This document shows, one piece after another, positions 25,988-39,310 of a DNA stretch of 64,000 nucleotides. The notes under the pieces were generated by a model that was not told the origin of the DNA, did not search any database, and saw nothing but the letters and a program-made list of their open reading frames with translations. Both the position numbers and the translations under genes were made by a program. The DNA lies in NCBI RefSeq assembly GCF_006345805.1, contig NC_042997.1:1302001-1366000 (forward strand), written 5' to 3'. This DNA is from Octopus sinensis (taxonomy: Eukaryota). Positions within the stretch are counted from its first letter, which is position 1, and each line of letters opens with the position of its first letter.

Positions 25988-26143
25988 TGGTGAAAGAGTA
26001 CAGCAGGGATCACCACCCCCTGCCGGAGCCTCGTAGAGCTTTTAGGTGTTTTCGCTCAATAAACACACACAACGCCCGGTCTGAGAATCGAAACCGCGAT
26101 CCTGCGACCGCGAGTCCGCTGCCCTAACCACTAGGCCATTGCG

Positions 26144-26146
<3 letters not shown>
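25988..26146 (-). mobile_element. tRNA-derived SINE
   Basis: Minus-strand head aggcgcaa-TGGCCTAGTGG-ttagggcagcggactcgcgg...GGTTTCGATTCT (A and B boxes) followed by a non-tRNA body. Confidence 0.85.
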
Positions 26147-26185
<39 letters not shown>

Positions 26186-26296
26186 CATTTACATATATAT
26201 ATATGTATATATATATATGTAAAAATACATTACGAAAGATATATCGTAAACAATAATTATTTATGAACATATCAATGTCCAAACGTAGTATAATAA

Positions 26297-26610
26297 TACA
26301 GTTCTATATTTAAGAGGTTATGTACATTTTTTTTACATTATTTACACGTGACGGATATGCCCACGGGCATATGGCGTAGTGTTGAAGGGCGTGGGATACT
26401 AATCCCAAGATCCCCGAGTTCTATTCCAGGTAGTGACCCGAATAGCAACAACAACAACAGCAATAATAATATTAAAAATGATGATAACAACATCGAAAAA
26501 CATCTTACCCAGATTCGATATTTCCCTAAGAAATCCTGATAAATCCTGGGGGTGTGTATATCAGCCGAGGGGACAAATATCCGTCAAATGTAAATAATGT
26601 AAATAATATG
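26297..26610 (+). mobile_element. Composite element: inverted end, tRNA-like head, (AAC/AAT) linker and hammerhead remnant
   Basis: 27-bp inverted repeat 26332-26358 / 26577-26603 (2 mismatches). A box tggcgtagtgtt at 26372, B box gagttctattcc at 26416. CTGATAA...ctg...cagccGA at 26536-26568. Confidence 0.55.
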
Positions 26611-26910
26611 TTACAATAAATTACATAAAAGAAGAGTGCTTATAATTATGAAAAAATTATAACGAAGTGGGTTGCAAAATCTCTTACATGTTTAGAAATA
26701 GCACTAAAAAACCACTATAAAACCACTATTATCACACATATTATCACTCATAGAGCTAGCTACGAGCGACATGGCATATAAAATCCACAATTTAGAAATA
26801 AAAGGTTAATTCTCTATTGCAGTTTCAAAGTTAGGAAATATTACACCATATTATATACCGTATCGTAAAATAACGGATATAAATAATTTATTGATAATTA
26901 TAAACACTCT

Positions 26911-26982
<72 letters not shown>

Positions 26983-28019
26983 ATACATACATATATATCT
27001 ATGTGTGTGTATGTATATATATATATGTATCTATATGTACATGTATACGCACACGGTCCCACGCACGCACGCTCAAGCATACACACATGCATACATACGT
27101 ATGTATATATTAACAAGTAATATGCATAGTTTTCTTTCACTAAATGCAAATAGTGTTTGTTTCATGCACAGCGTTGTTAATGCACCTAGAGGAAAAGATC
27201 TAACGTGCTAGAGTATAGATGAGAGAGCTCTTCCTGACAACGCACTTTCCACTCGACCTGTTATGTATTTTGTTTTCGCAAATACATGAAAGCTACAAGT
27301 ATTAAAAAGGAAAGATAATCAATATAATAGGAAAAAACTGCATATGCATTGATATAAATTGTCAGGTTCAGAATTCTTTAGGGCAAGTGCCTCTTCTTTT
27401 ACTCTGACGACCTACTCGACCATTGACCTGGTTCCTCAGAAAGAAGAATGTAATAAATAATATAATCAAACATTTGCGATATTGTGTAAAGAAACATTTA
27501 TAGCTTTTGTATTTCACACTACTTCATTATTTTCTTCTCATAGGTTGTAATTTCCTGCAACAGCTCTTTCGATTAAGAGAGTCGTTTATATCTTCACAGG
27601 AGCGAAGTTTAAAAAAAAAATACGATGATAAATGATTATCAATATGATAACCAATAGAAAACAATGTCGACATATGAAAAGAAAATACGGAAAAATGTGA
27701 CTTCATAGATTTCCTTCGAAATTTTCCTTTGTCATTTTGCTTCTCTACAATGATGCTGCCTACCACTAATACCTCCAAGACCGCCACCAAGGCCTGTATC
27801 AACGCCACCAGCACGACCCGACCACCACCAGCACCACCACTACTACAAAAGCAACATAAGACAGTATTGCTTATTTTTCATATCTTCATGTTCTGATTTC
27901 CATTTTTTGTCAAGGTCAACTTTTCATTCTTCCGCCTTGACGAGGAGTATGGATGATCACATTCACTAAACGCCCCCCCTTAAAATTGCCGGTTTTTGTA
28001 CCTAAATTAGAAACAGCGT

Positions 28020-28119
28020 ATCTTCTTCTTCTCTTCCTCCTCCTCCTCCTCCTCTTCCTTCTCTTCCTCCTCTTACTGCTGCTGCTACTACTACTACTAC
28101 TACTTCCACTACCACCACC

Positions 28120-28165
<46 letters not shown>

Positions 28166-28180
28166 TTACTACTTACTGTT
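28020..28180. repeat. Compound trinucleotide array (CTT/CCT/CTG/CTA/CCA)
   Basis: Seen directly. Confidence 0.95.
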
Positions 28181-28899
28181 GTTGTCTTTGTTCTTGTGGT
28201 CGTTATAGTTGTGAATGGATTAAATCATTCTTAATTTTTGTCAGTTTTAACTGTCTTAAAAAGAGTAAGGTTGAAATGTTTGATTTGCGTTTCTCGTTAA
28301 ACTCATCTGCTTCCTGAGGAAGTAGTCAATTCCGTTTTGCTTTCGCCCTTTTCTGGGAACGATTTTTTTGGGCTTTGTATTTTGATTCATATTAAAAGAC
28401 AAAAATCAAACTTAGCGTGCATATTTTGAGAGTAACAACAACAATGGCTTCGCTGAATGAACATGAGCAACAACAGCAAAAACAACATGAATAAAAACAG
28501 AAGAAGCGGCACCTAAGGAGTGACAGAAGCAGTCATGACAAAATAACAACAACAAAATCAGAAGCAACATCAACAGCGTGGGCAACAGAATCCACCAACC
28601 CGAACGCAGCAAAAGAAGAATGCTTTTCTATGTTCGAGTCATTCAGACATATCCGGTAATGAGAAATGATAAAGATGAAAAATTGAGAAGATCTTCTTTA
28701 CGAAAGGTAACAAGAAATATGTCAAAACAAGACTACCCTCACAGAAAGCTGGGAGATTTTAGAGAAGGAGAATATATCGCAGTACAACACCACCAACAAC
28801 TTTATCAACACCATCAAAACTACAATCACCACTACAAGAATATGCCGACACCGCAGACACTAGAACGATACCTAATCTGAACACAAACACACGCAGAGA

Positions 28900-29520
28900 G
28901 GATTTTGAATTACACGACCTTAAACGTAAAGAAGAGGGAAATAATGAACCATATATGCAGCGTCTAAATACATTGCTAGATAACGTACACATGCATAAAT
29001 TCTCAAAATAAAACATAAAGCAAACAATGGCATAAATTCTATATATCACGAAGGAACGAGAAATTTCCGAAGAATGGGAAACAAAAGAAATTATTAGAAT
29101 GTATTTGAGGAAAACATTAAAAAAAAATCATCAGAATAACAGACCGCCGTCTTTCCGATTAATGGCCCTTCTACATTCACCTATTTGTCAAACAACGCCA
29201 TGTAAGTGATCTTAGCCGGCTCTCACCTTCGAAATAAATACGCATGCTCAATGATATCAGCACACTTCATATAAATGTTTTGGGTATCATCGCGACCAGA
29301 ATTTCCAGCCTTCTTATTTTCCATGCCTACAAGATATTTGCATCTCCAAGTAGACCGGATTCAGGAGGCAGTGTTGGGTTTCTCTTTCGTAAAGTTCTGG
29401 ATCTTGTAAGGTATGTTGTTTCACCGTTTAAATTTCTCAGTACGTGGTTGGGTCAAACATTTCTAGGTGAACGAGCACTAGGATATTGTATAGCGTGGCT
29501 AGCGTTGGCCAAAAAACACC
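28900..29520 (+). mobile_element. Very decayed LINE relics (RT N-terminal-like, then APE-like)
   Basis: EISEEWETKEII...NNRP resembles IPxxW..II..NYRP. IFASPSRPDSGGSVGFLFRK resembles the APE GGVAxL motif. Confidence 0.3.
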
Positions 29521-31039
29521 CAAGAAGCTCTCCTTGAAATAACAGCCACATGTGGAATTAACTGCATTTCTTCCTCCATCAGTTACTGTTTGTATTGGAA
29601 TAGTTTCACTAACTAGGAAGCAGTTGAGCTATATCATGGATCAGCTGACGGCTGCTCAACGAGATTTAATTTAGCAGTTTTACATGTTCGTAAATTGCTT
29701 TTCCGCGATATGATTGATTTGAATGTAAACACAGGTTCTCAGATCTATGTAAAGGAAGACATTATTAATCTTACATTATTTGAAAACATTATGAAATAAA
29801 AGTGCAGATGACATGTATTTTGAAATATTAACTATTAAATAGTTTACAAAGTTTGCAAAGATCTTCTACTAATGTAACATGTGTTTAAATGTATTAACAT
29901 AGCATCTCCTTCTTCGAGTAACTAATTTCAAGTTGTGTATAAACGGCATTTTGCCCAGGATATATGCTGAATAAGGCCGGGCCATATACTTAAATGTAAT
30001 ATGTGTGTAAATGTATTAAAATAGCATTTTGTTTTCCAGGTAACCTATTTAGAACTTTTTTATGAACCGTAACTCTCTCAGAATATGCCATGCTGAATAG
30101 AGTTGAACTACGTTATTATTATTCCAATTAGTTGCTAAAGAAACAAAATGCAGGAGAAAATAATTATTGATTTCCTTTTCATTGTTAACAAATAGTTCGT
30201 ATCTCCACTATTTTCTATTGTAGCAGGTCGAATACACAAACAATTAATCAAGCAAACAAATGCGACAAAAATGATGGCAACTAATTTTCTAGTGAGTGGA
30301 TATGTTGGCTGGTAGAATAATGGCAGTGGTGCATAATAATAGTATTCGTTTTTAAACCAATAGAATTATAATTTTATATAGAATTTACTTTATAAAATGA
30401 CATTCTAAATGGAAAGGGTAAAATACAAAATATGAAATGCTCTCTGAGATATAGTTCTAATGGACTATATAATTTTAGAACATTACCAAAGGCAATATAT
30501 TTGCTTGCTAAGACTACTCAGTCTAAATAGCAGCAGTAAGAAAGATAAATAGATAGTAATATGGAGGTAGTTGAAAATTAAATTGTCTTACATCAATTTT
30601 ATTTTGTATCCTTTTCTGGAAATACATAGTTGCCTAGCAACTCATATATAACCTATTGTAATGACATAATTCTTCATAGGAACTGAAAGATCACAATAAT
30701 ATTTCTATATTGATGTGAACATAGAAAATCGAGGACTATCATATTAGTTTCAGATGCTGTATTTAAACTCCACCTTCAACACGAAAGTAATTCTCAAAGA
30801 AAAGAATATACAAATTATGTATTCTTCTCGTCATTTGAAATTGTACATTGTAGTAAACCAATTACCTTATTTTATGATTCTTGCGACGACTACTTTAAAA
30901 TGTTTTCTTCCCACTCTCTTTCTTTTTTGGAAATCTCTCAAATTTCGTGGTTACTAGTGATATATTATTGTTCGCGTTCGATGGGACTTCCTATAAACAA
31001 TAAGAAAATAGCGTTAATAAAAGCAACATTAATATTAGT

Positions 31040-31655
31040 TTCAAAGGCCAGCAATTCCAGTGTAGTGGGTATGTTAATTTTATCGACCGCAGTGTTCAAC
31101 AGGTACTTATTTTATCGACTTCGAAAGGATGAAAGGCAAAGTCGACCACAGTGGAAATCGATCTCAGCAGGTTAAGACAGACGAAATGCTGCTGAGCATT
31201 TTGCCGGGTGTGCTAACTATTCTGCCAGTTGGCCGCCTAAAAAGATATATAAAATAGCAACATTAATATTGATTTCAAAATTTGGCACAAATACAGCAAG
31301 TACGGTGGTAGGGGACAAGTTGATTACATCGACCCCAATGCTCAACTGGTACTCATTTTACACGAAAGGATGAAAACGAAGTCAACCTCAGTGGAATTTG
31401 AACTCAGAACGTGCAGACGAACAAAATACCAATTTCTTTACTCCCGACAAGGGGCTAAAGACAGAGAGGACAAACAAGGACAGACAAATGGAATAAGTAG
31501 ATTATATCGACCCCAGTGCGTAACCGGTACTTATTTAATCGACCCCGAAAGGATGAAAGGCAAAGTCAACCTTGGCGGAATTTGAACTCAGGACGTAGCG
31601 GCAGACGGAATACCTCTAAGCATTTTACCCGACGTCCTAACTCACCGCCTTCAAG
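31040..31655 (-). mobile_element. Cluster of three head-to-tail tRNA-derived SINE copies
   Basis: Repeated ggtactt...atcgac...gaaaggatgaaaggcaaagtc(g/a)acc...gaa(t)ttgaactcag near 31100-31170, 31350-31410 and 31525-31650. These are the reverse complement of 32961-33180. Confidence 0.9.
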
Positions 31656-32960
31656 CAACATTAATATTAACAACGTGATGATCAATAATGCCACTACTGA
31701 TAGCAATAATTATTCAGGCTAAAGATCATTGCCACGCATTTTAGGGTAGAGTGCCGTCAATATTATCAACTTGGAAATTTGACTGATGCTAATTTCCTAT
31801 CGAAGAATATTGACATTCATAGTCTGATGTTTTGAGATTTGTATTGAGAAATTTATGAATACTGGTTTCGGATTTTGGACGAAGGCTAGAAATTTTGATG
31901 GGGAGTGTTAGTGGATACTGTTGACCACATCGTTTGATTATTACTAAATTTTTGCTAACTGGGGAGAGATGAATAGTGATGATGATGTCAGTAGATTTGG
32001 AAATTTTCTGACGCTCTAATCATTCGACAAGTGCGCAGTTTTTGAACGTAATGAATAATAATTTTTCTCGGCTCTCTTTCCTTTCCTCATACCCTCAATG
32101 ATAATTCTTTTGACTAATCATAAATCTGAAGTGTAAACTTGTATTTTGATTGCGAGATGGAATTATTCTTTCCCAATCACAAGGAAAACATACAATGATG
32201 ATAAATATGTATTATATGGAGCAAATGTAAATTTGCAGAATATACTGAAATTATACTAAAGAATCAAAGGAAACGTATAACACAAGGGAAGTAATCAATC
32301 TGATGTGACAGAAAAGCATTGAATAAGAGACCGTTCACGAGGCGAAAAGTTTCATTATTACCCGTATGTTAGTAAATTACGAAGGTGCTGCGATTACTTT
32401 TCCAGGTACATCTTCCTTTTCATAGATAATTGAAAAACGTACTGACTGCTTGATAAAAGAAAATGTTTGCAGTCATCGCAAACTTGGTTTGTTCAGTATC
32501 GACATTGCAACAACTACCAAACAAGCTATAGCTGCATGTGTTTCTCTACTAACGTCCTAGTTACATCAAAATTTCAGTTTGTCAATCTGAAAGGAAATAA
32601 AATGTCTTCCTTTACGGCTTGCATTGGGCTGGATTACCTATTTTGTATCATTCTACTATGCATTTTGCCTTTTGAGAAGTGCACATTTCAATGGTTCCAC
32701 ATCAATAAGAAATATTAGAAAGAATTTTGTTCACAATTGGCGTCTACGTTTCGCTTCATTATTTCGAAAAATTGATCTACTTAGAAAGAACGATATAGAA
32801 AAATGCTCTTTTTTTCTTATTTGCCGTTCTTTGTGGTATGTTGTTCGTTGATATTATTGAAACTACCCTTACTGATGTGTCTGCTTTTCTTTCCGTTGCC
32901 TTACGTTTTGTCACTGATATTGTTGCCGTCATGTTGATGAGGATATCATTAATTTAGTAG

Positions 32961-33180
32961 GGCGGCGCGCTGGTTGCATCGTTAGCACGCCGGGTGAAAT
33001 GCTTAGCGATATTTCGTCTGTCTTTACGTTCTGGGCTCAAATTCCGCCGAGGTCGACTTTGCCTCTCATCCTTTCGGGGTCGATAAATTAAGTACCAGTT
33101 GCATACTCGGATCGATCTAATCGACTGGCCATCTCTGCCAAAATTTGGGGCCTTGTGCCTAGAGTAGAAAAGGATATTAT
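32961..33180 (+). mobile_element. Well-preserved tRNA-derived SINE
   Basis: ggcggcgcgctggttgcatcgttagc...gggctcaaattcc (A/B box-like), then gccgaggtcgactttgcctctcatcctttcggggtcgataaa. Several copies in the window. Confidence 0.9.
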
Positions 33181-35457
33181 TAACTTAGTGCTTGCTCTTG
33201 ATTTTCTTCCTGCTTCGTAAATTTCTTTTGTTTTCAAAGCTATTGTCTTTTGATTGAATTTCCTATCATATATTAAAGAAATCCTGCAATACATCTCAAA
33301 TCGTAAGAGTATTTTACGTTATGCATCTAAATATTCTTTTTGACCTCAGCATGATTATCAACCCTGATGGTAGCTGAGAAAGCTACGGAAACATGTGAAT
33401 CCTCATTCGCATCCGAGGATCTCGTTCTTTCAAAGGAAGTAGTATCAATGAAACTCGAGCTTGGAACTCCGGTTGGGTTAGATATTAACTGAATTTTTTC
33501 CAATGGAAATGTTGCTGATGCAGCAGTATTTTAATTGGTGGTGGTGTGATTATGCCGCTTGAGGGTGATACTCTGATTACCGTTGGTAGTTGTATTATTT
33601 AGTTTTTTTTACGATGATGCAAAAGGTCCTGATATTGTTCGCGTCATCACAGGTGAAGAACTGCACATTTCGACATTCTGTCTTTAATACATTCATGATT
33701 TTAAACCCAGCAATATATTTGGCATGGAGGTTTTATAAGATAGTTTTAGGACATTATCATTTGGTAAAATTCAACATTATCATGAATATATTCCATGATG
33801 CAACTAAATCTTTTGCATGTATGAAAAGAAGCACTTGATATATTCGTCCAACAACAAATATGTAAAAATAACAAAAGCCAATAAATTCAGCAATGTGGGA
33901 GATACAGCAACATCAAAAGAAATGCTTATTTCTGAAAGAACACACTACCAAAACATATAGGTCTATAAATGTGTTCAAGGATTGAGAAAGGATACAAAAT
34001 ATAAGAAACATAACATTATAAACATAACAGGTTCGAGAATTTATCAGGAAAAGAAATGTTTCTGGAATTAGTAATTGCCCAAATTTCGGATTAAATTCAG
34101 TAAACTATATGTTGTATCAAAAACTGATCTTTTCAATAGGAAACGATATTAAATCCTAAATCTTCAGAATGGTCGATTATATGTTGATCAATAAAGTAGG
34201 AAGCTATAACCTATATACTCTCAAATAAGTGGATTGCATTTCCGTAGAATTACATTATGTATCCACGAATAGAAGACAATAACAAAGAAACCGTTAAAGG
34301 CGGGATGTTAGTGAAACCGAAGCAATTCTGGTTAATCGAAGGCATGCAATAAACTACTCCCCGAAAGTAATTTGACAGCATACCTTTCGAAATCAAACAA
34401 TCTATAGTAACACAGTATATCAAGAGTGGTAAAATAAGAATATCGACATTGGAAAAGTATAATGGAGCAGTCAATAAATCTAGTAGTAGAGACTTATGTA
34501 CGGCTAAATATTTATTCGTGTTTTTGTTAATAAATCTAATGATTCACTCAACCAAAGTATTTTATAATAAAAGCTGTTTCTGTGTTTGTTTGTATGGCTG
34601 CCTATCTCTCAAACACTCTGCTTAAATGAAGATGATTTTCGAAGAAAATATACGACGAACAAAATAAATTTTAATACACTTAACTTATTCAATTTATTCT
34701 TTGAATTCATATATACAGAACAAGGGAAATTTAATTTTCATTCATATTTATCGTCACATTTAAGTTGTTTCCCTCACACAACCCTATAACATGAGCATTA
34801 ATGTTTCCCTCTCAAATACAACTATAGATTATACGATGAAAGAAAATAATGACGTGGAAACTAGAGTAAGTGGACGGTAATAGAAAGAGCGATAACTTTT
34901 CTAAAATGTCTATCATTAATATAACTAATTATGCCGTAATTCCATTTCAATTGAAATCTGTTTCTTCACCCGCTTGAATCTACCTATTTTAAACAGCGCA
35001 ATCTACTTTATACAAAAATTGAGTCAGTAAAACGGTCAATTCTGCTGTTCGTAACATAAACATATTGTTTTCCTCTTAGACAATTGTTCATATAAAAGTA
35101 CAAGAATTTTGAATTTGGAAACTAAATCCATAGAGACATCCTTTTTGGTGAATATTAACTGAAATTTATCATTAACCATTTCGTTCATCTACGAGGAAAT
35201 TTGGCTTAGAAATTTCAGTGAAAGCATACATTGATATTGTGGACAAAATTATGAAGTCTCTTTGACATTCAATGTCTGCCATAAATATTACTAGAATGCA
35301 TACATTTACACATGTGGAGTGCTTATGTGTGTGCACAACTTATTAGAAATTAGCGCCACATCTCATTTACACTAATCAGATGGGCACATCATAATGATGA
35401 AAACAGGACAATATTTAGGAATGATATTTATGCAGGTATAATTATGACATGATTATT

Positions 35458-35702
35458 TAAGGCACTTTATTTCACGTTGCTCCAGTTCACTCAACTGTAG
35501 AAATGAGTTGCGACATCACTGGTGCCAAGCTGTATCGACCTTTGTCTTTCCCTTGGATAACATCAGTGGTGTGGAGAGGGGAGGCTGGTATGCATGGGCG
35601 ACTGTTGGTCTTCCATAAACTACCTTGCCCGGACTTGTGCCTGGGAGGTTAACTTTCTAGGTGCAATCCCATGGTCATTCATGACCGAAGGGGGTCTTTA
35701 AT
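35458..35702 (+). mobile_element. 5'-truncated SINE body and tail
   Basis: GC-richer block beginning ggcactttatttcacgttgctccagttcactcaactgtagaaatgagt (SINE central-domain style) and ending in a TTTA-rich tail. Confidence 0.55.
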
Positions 35703-36973
35703 TTATTTATTCGTTTCTGAGAAAACCAAACAAAATGTTTAAAGGTTTATTCAGTCATAGCGCACTGAATATAAATAACATTTGTTTCTTTTTCTGAAAA
35801 TGAAAATAAACGTACATTTAAAGTTTCCAGTACTTTTAAAGAAACTTTCAACTCAATAAATTTAACATGAAAGGTAGCATTTTAATTGGAAAAAACAATT
35901 TAACTGAACATTTTATCACTTTGCTTTAGCCAATCGACTGGTATCTAGCAAGGTGTCACATTTGTTGAAAGCAAAATATATAAGATGTCTCTTAAAATTT
36001 GAAGATTCAAAATAGTATTGCAGTGTACCAGCCCCACTTAGAGCGCTCATGAATTCATAGAGAAGAGAATTATATAAAAATGACAAAAGGGGAAATTTTG
36101 ATAAATAAACGTCATAAGAACCATGCTTACATATCTTACAGAATACTTACAGAACTTTAAAAAATGATACATCAGGAAAGTTCTCAATCCATTCTAAGTG
36201 GAAATCTCCCGTAAATTGATACTTTACAAGGTATGGGGCTCCTGATGTACATGACTATTATAATATAATCATATTGCGGTTTGAAAATGATTTAGACTAC
36301 AGAAAACGGTGATTCTTTACAATAATATAGGCACAGCTAATAAATTTAACGCACAATTAATGCAAAATATTTCGGGAAAATCCACTTAAGCATCCAGCAA
36401 ATAATATGCACAGATTTGGAATAAATTGAATGGAATTCTTCTTTGAATGAAACATCACCTTAAAATCGATATATCTCAAACCAACCTGTGTTCTATAACA
36501 CAACAAATGTCTCTCGCCAAGTTTGTACAATAGCACATGCACGTTGTTAGTTATGCTCATCTTCACATGTTATAACAACTTCAGTTATTACAATAAAATT
36601 CTACTGAGTAGTAAATCTAGTTTCAGGTAGTGCTTCAATTATAATGCACGACGAAATATCTTCTAGTAGAGATATTGATGAAAATCGGAACTTTCAGTAA
36701 TACAGTAATATCAAATTCAACGGAATTATTATTTATACTGGGCAACACTTCTATACCGAATTCCATTTCAATGTGAATCTAAATGTAATACGCCCGAATT
36801 ACATTTTACCATATCTATGTCACAATCTCATTAACAATTATAACGGAAAACAAACGAAAAAAGAAGCAACGTTTAGGTGCATTTACATAACACATAGATA
36901 TATTTATATAACACACAAACAAAATAATGTTCTGAATTGCAAGTAGCATCTATAAGACCCGCTGAACACACAT

Positions 36974-37019
<46 letters not shown>

Positions 37020-37292
37020 GTAGGACTTTATAAATGTTGGATTTCGGTTAAGCGTTCTGTATCTAGTTCTGGAAATTGTGTTTTGTAAACGACAGACTAT
37101 GCTGTTGATCTTGCAGATGTTTGCGTGTCCATATACGTAAATATTATGAAGTGAAACCAATGGTAATCGTTTTTTATTTCGTATATTTTCATTTGTCTTG
37201 CTTATTTTTACATTTTGTTCTTTTTTTGAGGCGATTTGACGTCTATGTTTAGCATATAGACTGTCAACTTTTAGTGGTCAGTCCTCTAAATT

Positions 37293-37331
<39 letters not shown>

Positions 37332-38031
37332 AAATTATATCAGGCAAGGAAAAGAATTCAAAGAATTTGTATCACCACAAAAAGCACGCACCCAGTACAT
37401 CGCTACTGCAAATTTCAGAACCTGCATATTTTCCAAATAAAAAACAAATTTGCTGAAGAAAAGCTACTTGTATTTATAACAAAGCAAAACACGCAAACAT
37501 AGTCGTGTAGTGGCATTATTGATAAATAGAGAATAATTAACATGGCAGCCTCCGCAGTGTTCATTACCGTTACCGACATAGAGTGGTATAATGCATATAG
37601 GCCTCGCATATACTCCTGGAATGGAGCCAATACGTTAAATCTGTGTTGTTATTCTCACCATCACAAATGAACTGAATTAACGATTGGCTCTTTCAAAGCT
37701 AGTAACAAGTCACACATTAGTCTAGAAATTAAAAAGTAATTCTCTTCATTTATTATAGTATGAAATAATATTTCAAAAACTAGCTAATACGAATTTTTGA
37801 TACGTCGGTTGTAAATAACCACGGCACTCGCTCTGAAGTAAAGCTATAAATTTATGCACTTCCAAGGTGTATTTCTAAACAGATCCTTTCTGAATGTTTT
37901 GTTTTTACTTAAGCTTAAATACAAACAAACCATATTGGATGGAAACAGCAACTGAGTATACTATATCCTGGATCTAGGTAGTCACTTGGCCGAATCTTTG
38001 ACAGCATCCGACAATTGGCTCGTAGTAATTA

Positions 38032-39310
38032 CGAGGAGTACCCAAAAGAAACCAGGATTTTGCAATATTATATTATCTTTATTTTACGAGTGTGCACTTT
38101 AATCGCCTTTAAAGTATTCATCATTTGAAGCAATGCATTGCTTCAGAGTCGTTTTCTACAATTCGAAGCATTCCTAGATTTCTTGCGATGGGATGACTTT
38201 CAACGCCTGTCATTCTTTCATCACCTCTTCTAGATCTGCAACACATTTCTCATTCAAGAGAACAGACAAAAACGTCGCAGGGAGCAATATTGGGTGAATA
38301 GAGTGAGTGTGTAATTGGGGTCATGCAAAAAGAAAAAAAACTGGGTTCAAGGTGGTGTTTGAAGAAGCATTATCGTGAAAAAGCCACCACTCCCCAATTT
38401 GCCATAGGTCGAGCGTTTTCGTCTCGCCGTGTCTCACAAACACTTCAGAACTCCCAGGTAAAATGTCTGGTTAATAGTTTGACCAGGAGAAATAAATACT
38501 GTGGACAATTCCTTTCGCATAGATGTAATAAATCAGCATCATATTGACATTGGTCTTCACTTGAACCTCTGTGGGGCATGGTGATATTGAATGCTTCCAT
38601 TGACTTGATTGTTGCTTCGTTTCTAGATCGTAGTCGTAGCACCAGCTTCTGTCACCAGTGATAACTGTTTAAAAAGTGTTACAGATCAACTTCCAACTGC
38701 TCTTTCACTTCACTACAGGCATTCAGTCGTGACTGTTTTTGATCTTTCCTGAACAAGTGAGGTACACATTTTCCTGCAAGTCTTTTCACTCGCGATTTCG
38801 CTCTCAAAATTCGTTGGCATGAGCCCCAGGAAACACTAGTCATATCAACAAGTTCGTCAATTGTTCGGCAATAGTCCCCCAAGATCAGTTCATAAATGTT
38901 CATAATGTCTTAATTCGTTCGTGGGGTTGATGGTGGTCTTGAACGAGGTTGGTATTCAAGCGAAGAGTAACTATTTCTATAACGTGAAAACCACTTGTAA
39001 ACTTGTGTTTTGCTCATGGCAGCGTCCTTGTAAGCTGCGTGAAGTATGACAACACTTTTGGATACCGTTTACTCCGACAGAAAACAGAATTTCACGGAAG
39101 CACATCTCAGCTATCGGAAAATTCGACGAAAAGGGGAGAAGCACTGCAAAACAAAGACGCACCACGTGCCAGTACGACCCATTGATCGTCACCGGTGGGC
39201 GGTCTGATGTCTAAGGATTCCATCAAGAGGTTTGTAGCGGCAAAAGCCTGAAATACAACGGGCTTGTACCACAGACAACGTTTCCGGATACTTTTAGTAC
39301 AAAACACGCG
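38032..39310 (-). mobile_element. Decayed mariner (DD34D-type) transposon, full length ~1.28 kb
   Basis: TA|CGAGG..GTACCCAAAAG at the left and CTTTTAGTAC..CGCG|TA at the right. Minus-strand motifs RTIDEL, KCVPHL (WVPHEL-like) and VITGDRSWCYDYDLETKQQSSQW. Confidence 0.88.

Noticed and set aside
26070-26146. tRNA gene-like sequences (also 26365-26435 and 61240-61313)
   Set aside because: A/B boxes are present but there is no complete cloverleaf or acceptor stem, and they continue into SINE bodies.
31040-31655. Regularly recurring ~30-bp motif suggestive of a CRISPR-like array
   Set aside because: Eukaryotic context; the repeats are tandem SINE copies and the intervening sequences are homologous, not unique spacers.
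33358-33402. CTGATG-gtagc(tgagaaa)gctac-gGAAAcatgt hammerhead-like string
   Set aside because: A9 is missing, G is at the cleavage position, and stem I does not pair. At best a dead relic.
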